From Mycoplasmatota bacterium (lineage in GTDB: Bacteria > Bacillota_I > Bacilli_A > RF39 > UBA660), in assembly GCA_012727915.1 (NCBI GenBank), contig JAAYGD010000037.1:1-44505 (forward strand): a DNA stretch of 44,505 nucleotides. The letters are read 5' to 3'. Positions within the stretch are counted from its first letter, which is position 1. The number at the start of each line of letters is the position of its first letter. Shown here piece after piece: positions 20,054 to 28,886 of the stretch. The notes under the pieces are model-generated. The model saw only the letters and a list, made by a program, of their open reading frames with translations. It had not been told where the DNA came from and made no database searches. The translations under genes were made by a program, and so were the position numbers.

Positions 20054-20758
20054 CTATGGAATTGTAACACTACAAGATACTGAATTGCCCGCATTATCAC
20101 TTACAATATATGTTTTGTTAGTAATACTTTGTCTGTAAATTGCATAGTTTAAACCATCAAAAATATCTCCACTTGCTTTTATTCCACTTCCACCCAAATC
20201 ACTTCTACTTAAATACACGATTTTTCCATATATATCAAAATTAGTATCATTAACTATTGCATCAGTAATTGCAGATATATCAGCTTCATCAATCAAATTG
20301 TTTCCGTTTGCCACATCACACTGGCTAGATATTAAACCACGATTTGTATTAGTTGTTCCTACAATATCAATACACGCTACTGAATCCATTATATCAATTT
20401 CTCCATCATTTGTTGGATCTCCATATTTATATTTTGTTGTAGAACAAGTAGGAGATGTTTTATCAATTCTTACAGTAACTGTTTTTGATGAACTTATAAG
20501 ACCTTTTTCATTTATTGCTCTTACATTAATTGTAGTAACTCCTTCATTACTGACTAAAAAGTTATTACCACTAGTCCAATCCTTAGAGGTATCACCAGTC
20601 ATACTATATTCATATTTTTTAATTCCTGATTCTTCATCTTTTGATCTACTAATTGTTCCACTTACTTGAACCATATTTGTCCACGATTCATAAACTTGAA
20701 TTGTTGGAACACTTGGATTAGTTATATCTTTTGTTGAGACAACAGTATTTGTTATAGT
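20054..20758 (-). pseudogene. 5'-truncated Ig-repeat surface-protein fragment with a dockerin-like insert; paralogous to the C-terminal domains of the 24465-28169 pilin-like protein
   Basis: The frame stays open 28 codons upstream of ATG 20674 (TITNTVVSTKDITNPSVPTIQVYESWTN) up to a TAA at 20761-20759. No signal peptide, only a weak GGA before the ATG. Motifs RIDKTSPTCST, SDLGGSG and YIVSDNAGNS...C.VT match the giant pilin. Confidence 0.6.
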
Positions 20759-20785
20759 TTATGTAAACAAAAATGTAAAACGAAG

Positions 20786-21190
20786 TTAATTTTTAACTTC
20801 GTTTTTTAATATATTATCCAAAACGGCATTTATTATATTTTTTACTTTATCATCAGAATATTGTTTTGATAATTCAATTGCTTCATCTATTACAACAACT
20901 CCCGGAGTATCAGTATAAAGAATCTCATATGTTGCTAATCTTAATATTGCTTGATCTGTTTTTCCTAATCTATCTATAGTCCAATTATTTAAATACTTAT
21001 TAATCAACTCATCAATAATATTAGTTTTTTCTATAATATTATGAACACTATCACTTACAAATTCATTTGGTTCTTCTATTAATGATTTTATTATATTATC
21101 AATATCATAAGGAATCTTGTTAGAATCACATATGTATTTTTGATATAACGCTATCATTATTATTTCTCTTGATTCTCTTCTTGTTTTCAT
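20786..21190 (-). CDS. nusB: Transcription antitermination factor NusB
   Basis: MKTRRESRE..M.ALYQ, NWTIDRL...D.AILRLA.YEI, IDEAIELSK.Y, INAVLD. Start set at MKTRR. Confidence 0.93.
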   Translation of the reverse strand: MKTRRESREIIMIALYQKYICDSNKIPYDIDNIIKSLIEEPNEFVSDSVHNIIEKTNIIDELINKYLNNWTIDRLGKTDQAILRLATYEILYTDTPGVVVIDEAIELSKQYSDDKVKNIINAVLDNILKNEVKN

Positions 21191-21191
21191 A

Positions 21192-21782
21192 TCATCTACC
21201 CTTAGGTATCCCAAAAAAATCTCTAATAGTACGCGGTTCAAGTTCACCAAACTCATCATCTATTTTTTTTACATTCTTTTCACTTTGCATTTTTAAATAT
21301 AATGCATCAAATAATATTTTAGGAATTTCTTCTTTGTTTGTTTTTATAAAATCATAAATACTATTATTGTTTTGGATAGAATATTCTGTAGCTAACATTA
21401 TTAAATCTTCATTAGTAATATTATGAATCGCATCTTTATATAAAAATAAACTCTGCATTGTTTTTTGAGGAATTTTTTCAAAAAATCTAAGATCTTTAAT
21501 TTCTTTCTTATCTTCAAAATCGTAAGTCAACAATAATTGAGCAATATCATCTTTACTAAAAGATTCAAAAAGACTTGTTTGAACTGGATCTCCATATGCT
21601 TTTTTATAAGCCGATTTTTTTGCCCATTCTAATCTTTCTTTTAAATCTATTTTCATCATTCTTTCTTTCAATTCGGGATAATTAGGCGCTCTATGATTAG
21701 GCCTTAAAAAATATTCTTCATTTTTTTCAAAATAATCATTCATATATTTATTAATATCTTCATTTTCTTTAATATTTTCCAT
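21192..21782 (-). CDS. Hypothetical protein
   Basis: 196-aa ORF with RBS AAGGAAGTG and upstream TGATATAAT; abuts nusB. No recognisable motif. Confidence 0.65.
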   Translation of the reverse strand: MENIKENEDINKYMNDYFEKNEEYFLRPNHRAPNYPELKERMMKIDLKERLEWAKKSAYKKAYGDPVQTSLFESFSKDDIAQLLLTYDFEDKKEIKDLRFFEKIPQKTMQSLFLYKDAIHNITNEDLIMLATEYSIQNNNSIYDFIKTNKEEIPKILFDALYLKMQSEKNVKKIDDEFGELEPRTIRDFFGIPKGR

Positions 21783-21811
21783 AAAATCACTTCCTTAATG
21801 ATTATATCATA

Positions 21812-24343
21812 TTATTTATCTATTTCGTTTTTTAACTCATCTAATATATTTAAAGCTTGTAGTGGATTTAATTCCAATATATTAATATCTTTTAATTTAT
21901 CTATTACTTTATTATTAGTTTTAGGTTCTTCTAATTTGAGATTTTCTTGAATATAGACATTACCTTTTTCTTTCTTTTCATATGATTTTAAAATGTTGTT
22001 TGCTCTATTAATTAAAGAATCTGGTAAATTAGCAAGTTTTGCAACATGTATACCATAACTTTTATCTATAGCACCCTCTTTTATTTTATGTAAAAAGATT
22101 ATCTTTCCATTTTCTTCAAGTGCGCTAACATGTATATTTTTTATATTAGTATAATTTTTTTCTAATTCAGTTAATTCATGATAATGAGTAGAAAACAATG
22201 TTTTACACTCAATATTATCATGAATATATTCAATTATAGACTGTGCTAGAGCCATACCATCATATGTAGCTGTACCTCTTCCTAATTCATCAAAAATAAT
22301 AATGCTGTTATTTGAAGCGTTTTTTATTGCATTATTTGCCTCAGTCATTTCAACCATAAAAGTAGATTCTCCACCTACTAAATCATCTGAAGCTCCTATT
22401 CTAGTAAACACTTTATCAAATATTGGAAGTGATGCTTCACTGCAAGGTACAAAACAACCGATTTGATTCATTATTATAGTTATAACTAAAGATCTCATAT
22501 AAGTAGATTTTCCGGACATATTTGGACCTGTAATTAATAAGATATTAGTTTTTTCATCCATAAATATATCATTTGGTACAAATTCTCCTTCTATTACTTT
22601 TTCAACTACAGGATGTCTGCAATTCTTTATATCAATTATTCTTTCATCTATAATATTTGGTCTTACATAATTATTCTCTTCAGATACTATTGCAAAAGAT
22701 TGCAAAACATCAATTTCAGATAATACTTTAGCATTATTTTGAATTATTGATATATAGTCTTTAACATTATTTCTTATTTCAATAAATAATTCATATTCTA
22801 AGTTAATTATTTTTTCTTCAGCTCCCAATATTAATTCTTCTTTTTCTTTTAATAAAGGGGTTATATATCTCTCTGCATTTGCTAAAGTTTGTTTTCTTTC
22901 ATAATTTGCAGTTTCAGGAATATCTTTTATACTTCCTTTACTTATTTCAATATAATATCCAAATACTTTGTTAAATCCCACTTTTAAGTTTTTAATACCA
23001 GTTCTAGACCTTTCCTCTTGCTCAAGTTTTATTAAAAAATCTTTATCTCCTTTTCGAGAATCTTTTATTTCATCTAATAATTTGTTATATCCTTTTTTAA
23101 TTAAAGAACCTTCTTTTATAGTAATAGGAGCATCTTCATTTATAGATTTTTCTAATAAATCATATAAATTCTCTAAATTATCAACAGAATCATAATAATT
23201 TAAATCTTTTAATATATTTTTAATATTAGGCAATACTTTTAAAGAATTTTTTAATTGAATTAAATCTCTAGCATTTGCATTTCCATAGGATATTCTTCCA
23301 CATAATCTTTCCAAATCATATACTTCATATAATAAAGCTCTTAATTCTTCTTTTAAAATAAATTCTTCTAATAATTTCTCAACAATTTGATGTCTTTCTA
23401 ATATCTTTTTTTTGCTAACAATTGGATTTTCTATCCAGTTTTTTAATAATCTACTCCCCATAGCAGTTCTTGTTTTATCTAATAACCATAATAAAGAATG
23501 ATTTCTATTTTTTAATTTTAAACTTTCAGTAAGTTCTAGATTTCTTCTAGTATTTATATCCATTTTTAATATATCAGAATTTTCAATTATTATAGCGTTT
23601 TTTAAATGAGATAAGTTTCTTTTTTGAGTATTTTCAATATAAGAAATTAAATAGTTTATTGATTTAATATATCTTTCATCATCTATATTTAAATATAGAT
23701 TTTCATATTGTTTCTCATAAATATTATCATAAATATTTATATTTATTTTATATTTATTTTTTAATATATTTAATACATTTATATTAAAATTATTATTAAC
23801 AATTAATTCTTTAATTTCTAATGATAAAACTTCCGCGATTAAAGAACTATCTTCATGTTCTATTAAAGATACATATAAATCTCCAGTAGATATATCAGTA
23901 TAACTTAATACATAGCAATGACTAAAATCTAATATACTTCCTATATAATTATTAGTTTTTTCATCTAAAGAATCTCCATTCATAATAGTTCCTTTAGATA
24001 CAACTTGCAAAACTTCCCTTTTTACAACACCTTTAGCATCTTTAGGATCTTCTACTTGCTCACAAATCGCAACTTTATATCCTAAGTTTATTAATTTATC
24101 TAAATATACATTTACAGCATGATGAGGGACCCCACACATAGGAATTCTTTCATCTAAACCCGCACTTTTACCAGTTAGAGTTAATTCAAGTTCATGTGAA
24201 ACATTAATAGCGTCTTCAAAGAACATTTCATAGAAATCTCCTAGTCTAAAAAACAAGATAACCTCTTCATAATTATCTTTTATTTCCATATATTGCAACA
24301 TCATAGGAGACAATCTTTTTCTATCCACTTCATTTCTTTTCAT
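21812..24343 (-). CDS. mutS: DNA mismatch repair protein MutS (MutS1)
   Basis: SPMMLQY, FFRLGDFYEMF, PMCGVP, Walker A TGPNMSGKST, STFMVEM, DELGRGT, FSTHYHEL, SYGIHVA. Confidence 0.97.
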   Translation of the reverse strand: MKRNEVDRKRLSPMMLQYMEIKDNYEEVILFFRLGDFYEMFFEDAINVSHELELTLTGKSAGLDERIPMCGVPHHAVNVYLDKLINLGYKVAICEQVEDPKDAKGVVKREVLQVVSKGTIMNGDSLDEKTNNYIGSILDFSHCYVLSYTDISTGDLYVSLIEHEDSSLIAEVLSLEIKELIVNNNFNINVLNILKNKYKININIYDNIYEKQYENLYLNIDDERYIKSINYLISYIENTQKRNLSHLKNAIIIENSDILKMDINTRRNLELTESLKLKNRNHSLLWLLDKTRTAMGSRLLKNWIENPIVSKKKILERHQIVEKLLEEFILKEELRALLYEVYDLERLCGRISYGNANARDLIQLKNSLKVLPNIKNILKDLNYYDSVDNLENLYDLLEKSINEDAPITIKEGSLIKKGYNKLLDEIKDSRKGDKDFLIKLEQEERSRTGIKNLKVGFNKVFGYYIEISKGSIKDIPETANYERKQTLANAERYITPLLKEKEELILGAEEKIINLEYELFIEIRNNVKDYISIIQNNAKVLSEIDVLQSFAIVSEENNYVRPNIIDERIIDIKNCRHPVVEKVIEGEFVPNDIFMDEKTNILLITGPNMSGKSTYMRSLVITIIMNQIGCFVPCSEASLPIFDKVFTRIGASDDLVGGESTFMVEMTEANNAIKNASNNSIIIFDELGRGTATYDGMALAQSIIEYIHDNIECKTLFSTHYHELTELEKNYTNIKNIHVSALEENGKIIFLHKIKEGAIDKSYGIHVAKLANLPDSLINRANNILKSYEKKEKGNVYIQENLKLEEPKTNNKVIDKLKDINILELNPLQALNILDELKNEIDK

Positions 24344-24349
24344 ATAAAA

Positions 24350-24378
24350 ATTATATCATAAAAAATATTAATAAGCAT
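24350..24378 (-). promoter_or_regulatory. Extended -10 promoter ending 6 nt before the mutS ATG (leaderless candidate)
   Basis: Minus strand ATGCTT, 17 nt, TATAAT (preceded by TG-A), then TTTTAT-ATG. No Shine-Dalgarno. Confidence 0.5.
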
Positions 24379-24384
24379 AAATAA

Positions 24385-24408
24385 AAAAGATAGAATAATC
24401 TATCTTTT
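24385..24408 (-). terminator. Intrinsic terminator after the giant pilin-like gene
   Basis: Perfect 10-bp stem aaaagataga-ataa-tctatctttt followed by a minus-strand T run. Confidence 0.65.
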
Positions 24409-24464
24409 AAAATATTATTAATAATAAATGTATCTTGTGTTACATTGTTTTTATTAAATTAAAG

Positions 24465-27400
24465 TTATTGATAACAAGTGTAATAACAAGTATCATAACA
24501 TGTGTCATAACATGTATTATAACATGTACCATAACATGTATTATAACATGTGTCATAACATGTACCATAACATGTGTCATAACATGTACCATAACATGTG
24601 TCATAACATGTATCACATTCATAAGATCTATAACAAGAGCCGCTAGCATAATGAGAAGAACCAAATGTTTTTACACAGAATGCACTGCATCCGCCCGCAC
24701 TAGTTATAGAGTAATTACAACCATAGTTTGATTTTACCGGATCATAGCAATAACATGTGCCAATATAATCCCAATAACAATTACAATCATGTGCATTACA
24801 ACTATATGGATTGCAACTATATGGATTACAACTATATGGATTACAACTATATGGGTTACAACTATACGGATTACAACTATATGGGTTACAACTGTATGGA
24901 TTACAATTATGTGGATTGCAGTTATGCGGATTACAATTATATCCATTACAATTATAAGAAGATACTGTTACCTGACAAGCTCCACTATTTCCCGCAACAT
25001 CATATACTATATAAGATCTTGTAGATGTAACATTATAAAATGTTCCCGCTCCACTTGAATATCCACTTCCTCCAGTGTCAGATGCAGTTACCGTTACTGT
25101 TACACCTGATGTTGAACCAATATTTGTCTTTGCTGTTGAACAAGTTGGTGCTGTTTTATCAATTCTTAATGTATACATATCTGAAGATACACTATAATTT
25201 CCTGCTGCATCTAATGCTCTTACATAGAAGTTCCAATTCCCTCCCCATGTTATTCCCCAATTCGTAGGCATTGCTGAAAAGTTTACATTATCATGAGAGT
25301 ATTGATAACTTGTTACTCCTACTACATCTGATGATGATTGTATTTGATATATATTTCTATTTGTCCATGTTCCACTTGGATATATTGCTCCAGATGTAGA
25401 ATCATATCTTAATGTTACAGTTGGTTTTGTTGGTCTATCTGTATCCGGATTTGCTGCACATGCTGATGTTGCTCCTGCCCATACTCCTCCTGATGCTCTA
25501 CTACTTGCGTCGTATGCTGCGACATGTATCCATGAATAGTATGTTGTTCCAGTATAACTTCCATTTGCTTTTAAATATAATGGATTCATATTTGATGAGA
25601 ATGATGTTCCATCTCCACTCCATCTAAATGGATCTGTTGAGCCACTCCATGCTGATATTTGAGCTGCTGTTGGATATACTCTTGCTGTATCACTATTCCA
25701 ACTTGATACATTTCCTAAATCTCTTGATCTATATGCCGTTCCATCAAATATCCATATTCTATATCCTGCTGCTCCTGTTACAGCATTCCAACTTAAACTT
25801 ACTGTCATACGTCCACTATTTACTGTACCAGTTCTTGATATTGCTGTAAATGTTGGTGATCCTAATGTATTTCCACTTACTGATGATGTTTGAGCTGATT
25901 CTACTAATGTTGCACTCCTTGCTTTTACTTTATAATACATTGTAGTAGACGTTGCTAAACTTCCTTGTACATAACTTGTTGATGTTGTTGTTCCAAGTTC
26001 ACTAAATGTTACATTATCTGTACTTGAATATACTACATATGTTGTTCCTGCTGGATTTGAATTTGCATTCCAACTTACCGTTATTTGTTGTCCTTGTGCT
26101 GTAGTCCCTCTTGTTGCTGCTAATGATGTTGGTACATTTACTGTTGTTGCTACACTTCTACTTCCTGTACCTATATTTCCTACTGCATCAATTATTTCAA
26201 ATGATACTGTATATGTTGTTCCTCCTGCTAATCCTGTATATGTATATGATGAACTTGCACTTGTTGTTACTAAACTTCCATTTAAATAATATTTATATGA
26301 TGATATTCCTGAACCAACTTCATTTACTCCTGCTATTGATAATGCTATTGTTGTTGGTGTTGGTGTTGTTGCAAAACTTGTATATGTTGGTATTGTCTTA
26401 TCTATCTTATATGCGTTTGCTACACTGCATGTTGTTGGTGTGCTTAAATTATTTACATTATCTACTGCTCTTGAACATAATGTATATTGTCCTGTTGCTG
26501 TAAATGTTGCTGTTCCTCCAGACGTTGATGGTGTACATGTTGCTCCCGTTGTTGTACTACAATATTGATAATATCCAAATCCGGATTGAGCATCTGCTCC
26601 TCCTCCTATTGTTATAGGTATATCTGCATTTACCCAATCTCTTGATGTTGGTGTATGTGTTGTTACTGCTGGTGGTGTTGTATCTACTCTATTTATTGGT
26701 GATGTACATACTAATGTATTTAATGATCTATCACTTATTGTTACTGTACATGTATTTCCATGTGCTGATCCCGTTGTACATGGCCCACCCGCTACATTTA
26801 TTCCTGATAATACATCTGTACTACTTGCCAATGTAAATGTTTGTGTTCCACTTGCTTTCCATGGACTTGGATTTGGTGTCCATGTTCCACATACTGGTGC
26901 TGTTCTATCGTATACTACTGTTCCTCCACTTAGTCTTATATCATTTGATATTCCAATATTTCCTGCTCTATCCATATATTCTGTTATTAATCCTACTACA
27001 TCCCCTTGTACTAATGTTGATTCTGCTATTGGTATTGTATATGTCTTTGTTACTGTTGATGTATTTATTCCATTTGTTGTTGTTGGTGTTCTTCCATGTA
27101 TTGTTGATGTTAAACTTCTTACTGGTTCTGTAAAGTTTGTTGTCATTGTTATAATATGCCCATTCTTTGCATACTTATTAAATGTATTATTTGATATTAT
27201 TGTTGTACTTGTTATAAGTGGTTTTATATTGTCATATACTACTAATCCCCCACTTGTTACATTTGTTGCTTCTATTCCTTCATTTTCATATATATCTTCA
27301 TAATCTTTTACCAATACTGATAATGCTTGGCTTACTAATAAACTCTCAAATTCTGGTATTTCATATGTTGCTACCCTTGTATTTCCGCTTCCTGTTACTG

Positions 27401-28169
27401 TTGCTGTTCTTCCTCCTATCAATACTGTTGGATCTGTTACTATCTTACTAAATGTTAAATTTAATGTTACTGTCTCTGAATTCCTTACAAATTTATTGTG
27501 ATATATATTATTACTCTCTGCTATCGCTACTGTTACTGCTGGATATGTACTATCTACTACATTTACTACTCTTGTTACTGGATCTCCTACATTTCCTTCA
27601 TTATCTGTTAAAGAATATGTTAATGTATATGTTCCTATTACATCCTTATTTACTGTTCCTGTTACTACTACTAAATCTGTTATTGTATTTCCATGTCTAT
27701 CAAACGCTACATATCCTGGATCCACATATACTTTTCCTTGCAACAAATAATATGGATCTTCTCCCAATAATATTATTGTTGGTTTTATATCTTCTGTTAA
27801 CAAGCTATCATATACTATCTCAAATTTTACATACAAATCTTCTTCTAATGTTACTTTTACTCTTGCATCTACACCTAGTTTTGTTATATCTTCTTCTTCT
27901 ATTAACCCTATATTTTTTAATGTTTCTAAACTTATTATTGTATAATTTCCTACTATCTTTAAATCTTTTGTTACTTCTTTATTATTTATTGTTGCATAAT
28001 CTCTTGCTGCATCTAATACTAATTCTTCTGTATAACTCTTTGATAATTCATCTGAATTTGTTACCATTCTTCTTATACTTGGAGTTGCTATTAAAACTAC
28101 TACTAAAAGTACTAGTATTGTTGCTAACATCTCTATCATTGTAAATCCAGATTTTTTTGCTTTTTTCAT
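24465..28169 (-). CDS. Giant type IV pilin-like adhesin: prepilin N-terminus, DUF5011-like, several Ig-like/FN3 domains and a Cys-repeat tail
   Basis: Class III signal [15 protein letters not shown] plus hydrophobic helix. ILLGEDPY...YVDPG...[11 protein letters not shown] (DUF5011-like). Repeated D.T.P domain junctions and D.AGN motifs. FN3-like VSW...Y.V...Y.VKA. 32 Cys in the last ~160 aa. Confidence 0.9.
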   Translation of the reverse strand: MKKAKKSGFTMIEMLATILVLLVVVLIATPSIRRMVTNSDELSKSYTEELVLDAARDYATINNKEVTKDLKIVGNYTIISLETLKNIGLIEEEDITKLGVDARVKVTLEEDLYVKFEIVYDSLLTEDIKPTIILLGEDPYYLLQGKVYVDPGYVAFDRHGNTITDLVVVTGTVNKDVIGTYTLTYSLTDNEGNVGDPVTRVVNVVDSTYPAVTVAIAESNNIYHNKFVRNSETVTLNLTFSKIVTDPTVLIGGRTATVTGSGNTRVATYEIPEFESLLVSQALSVLVKDYEDIYENEGIEATNVTSGGLVVYDNIKPLITSTTIISNNTFNKYAKNGHIITMTTNFTEPVRSLTSTIHGRTPTTTNGINTSTVTKTYTIPIAESTLVQGDVVGLITEYMDRAGNIGISNDIRLSGGTVVYDRTAPVCGTWTPNPSPWKASGTQTFTLASSTDVLSGINVAGGPCTTGSAHGNTCTVTISDRSLNTLVCTSPINRVDTTPPAVTTHTPTSRDWVNADIPITIGGGADAQSGFGYYQYCSTTTGATCTPSTSGGTATFTATGQYTLCSRAVDNVNNLSTPTTCSVANAYKIDKTIPTYTSFATTPTPTTIALSIAGVNEVGSGISSYKYYLNGSLVTTSASSSYTYTGLAGGTTYTVSFEIIDAVGNIGTGSRSVATTVNVPTSLAATRGTTAQGQQITVSWNANSNPAGTTYVVYSSTDNVTFSELGTTTSTSYVQGSLATSTTMYYKVKARSATLVESAQTSSVSGNTLGSPTFTAISRTGTVNSGRMTVSLSWNAVTGAAGYRIWIFDGTAYRSRDLGNVSSWNSDTARVYPTAAQISAWSGSTDPFRWSGDGTSFSSNMNPLYLKANGSYTGTTYYSWIHVAAYDASSRASGGVWAGATSACAANPDTDRPTKPTVTLRYDSTSGAIYPSGTWTNRNIYQIQSSSDVVGVTSYQYSHDNVNFSAMPTNWGITWGGNWNFYVRALDAAGNYSVSSDMYTLRIDKTAPTCSTAKTNIGSTSGVTVTVTASDTGGSGYSSGAGTFYNVTSTRSYIVYDVAGNSGACQVTVSSYNCNGYNCNPHNCNPHNCNPYSCNPYSCNPYSCNPYSCNPYSCNPYSCNPYSCNAHDCNCYWDYIGTCYCYDPVKSNYGCNYSITSAGGCSAFCVKTFGSSHYASGSCYRSYECDTCYDTCYGTCYDTCYGTCYDTCYNTCYGTCYNTCYDTCYDTCYYTCYQ
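24474..24617 (-). repeat. 12-bp coding tandem repeat (C-Y-[DGNY]-T); 13 Cys including the offset C-D-T unit
   Basis: Plus strand (ataacatgtNNN)n. In-frame Cys codons every 12 nt from 24474 to 24606, plus one at 24615. Confidence 0.95.
24777..24950 (-). repeat. 15-bp coding tandem repeat (C-N-P-Y-S consensus); 13 Cys including the offset C-N-C
   Basis: Plus strand (ttacaactatatgga)n with synonymous variants. In-frame Cys codons every 15 nt from 24783 to 24948, plus one at 24777. Confidence 0.95.
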
Positions 28170-28190
28170 AAATATACTCCTTAAGAAAAG

Positions 28191-28592
28191 TTATACTTCG
28201 TTTATATCACATAAAACGTTATCGGTTTGATAAGTACCACAAAAAATACACGGAGTGTAAGTATAATTTTCAGTATGAGTTTTAGTAACATATACATATC
28301 CTACACAAAGTGAATTATCAGTTAAATCATAAATTTTAGATAAATAATTGTTATTAGTTAAATCTAATAATCCAATCTTTATTCTTTCATTTAGTATTTG
28401 AGGTAAAGCAATATTATTTTCTAAAACATAATTATTTGATGCTTTTATTATTTCATTTTCTTTTACAGCGTAAGTCTTTAACTTAGTATCATCAATGGAA
28501 ACAAAAACATTTGGAACAATTATTGCCATTATAATTCCTAATACAATTAAAGTTGCTAATACTTCAACTAAGGTAAATGCTTTATAATTCAT
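28191..28592 (-). CDS. Small type IV pilin/pseudopilin-like protein (prepilin-type N-terminal cleavage/methylation domain)
   Basis: MNYKA|FTLVEVLATLIVLGIIMAIIVP, four C-terminal Cys, RBS AGAGGT, upstream TGATATAAT. Confidence 0.88.
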   Translation of the reverse strand: MNYKAFTLVEVLATLIVLGIIMAIIVPNVFVSIDDTKLKTYAVKENEIIKASNNYVLENNIALPQILNERIKIGLLDLTNNNYLSKIYDLTDNSLCVGYVYVTKTHTENYTYTPCIFCGTYQTDNVLCDINEV

Positions 28593-28643
28593 ATGATTAC
28601 CTCTATTTTCATTCTATTTTTATTATATCATTAAAATAAAAAA

Positions 28644-28662
28644 AAACAAGAAAATCTTGTTT
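28644..28662 (-). terminator. Intrinsic terminator after the tRNA pair
   Basis: aaacaaga-aaa-tcttgttt hairpin followed by a long minus-strand T run. Confidence 0.6.
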
Positions 28663-28670
28663 ATTTTATA

Positions 28671-28747
28671 TGGTAGCGAGAGAGGGGATCGAACCCCCGA
28701 CCTATCGGGTATGAACCGATCGCTCTAGCCAGCTGAGCTATCTCGCC
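28671..28747 (-). tRNA. tRNA-Met (anticodon CAT, elongator-like)
   Basis: Reverse complement GGCGAGATAGCTCAGCTGGCTAGAGCGATCGGTTCATACCCGATAGGTCGGGGGTTCGATCCCCTCTCTCGCTACCA: loop TT-CAT-AC, no initiator GGG/CCC anticodon stem. Confidence 0.92.
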
Positions 28748-28754
28748 TTATATA

Positions 28755-28841
28755 TGGTGCTCGTATTCGGACTTGAACCGAAACTCTCTTTCAAGAAATA
28801 GATTTTGAGTCTATCGCGTCTACCAATTCCGCCATACGAGC
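28755..28841 (-). tRNA. tRNA-Leu (anticodon CAA)
   Basis: Reverse complement GCTCGTATGGCGGAATTGGTAGACGCGATAGACTCAAAATCTAT...GGTTCAAGTCCGAATACGAGCACCA: long variable arm, loop CT-CAA-AA. Confidence 0.93.
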
Positions 28842-28851
28842 AGACAAAAAG

Positions 28852-28879
28852 ATTATATCATATCTTTTATCTTTGTAAA
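28852..28879 (-). promoter_or_regulatory. Putative sigma-A promoter of the tRNA-Leu/tRNA-Met pair
   Basis: Minus strand TTTACA (28879-28874), 16 nt, TATAAT (28857-28852) with an extended TG, about 10 nt before the tRNA. Confidence 0.55.
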
Positions 28880-28886
28880 CCTTTTT

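Noticed and set aside
24618..24776. Knob as the variable region of a diversity-generating retroelement
   Set aside because: No reverse transcriptase or near-identical template repeat is visible in the window. A remote DGR cannot be excluded without the genome.
24474..24950. Tandem repeats as a CRISPR array or non-coding satellite
   Set aside because: The units are contiguous 12- and 15-mers with no unique spacers, in frame within a CDS, and there are no cas genes in the window.
24435..25058. Overlapping alternative-frame ORFs with repetitive translations (ITCV.., VMTH.., MDYNY.., WITTI..)
   Set aside because: By-products of repeat periods divisible by 3; they lack RBS and overlap the pilin CDS.
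25040..28144. Series of Leu-rich plus-strand ORFs antisense to the giant pilin
   Set aside because: All lie in one frame whose middle base is the complement of the pilin's wobble base. Strong A-ending codon use gives T-centred codons and few stops.
28671..28700. Pilin locus as an integrated element at tRNA-Met
   Set aside because: I found no duplicate of the tRNA 3' end near mutS and no integrase, so it is not called a mobile element.
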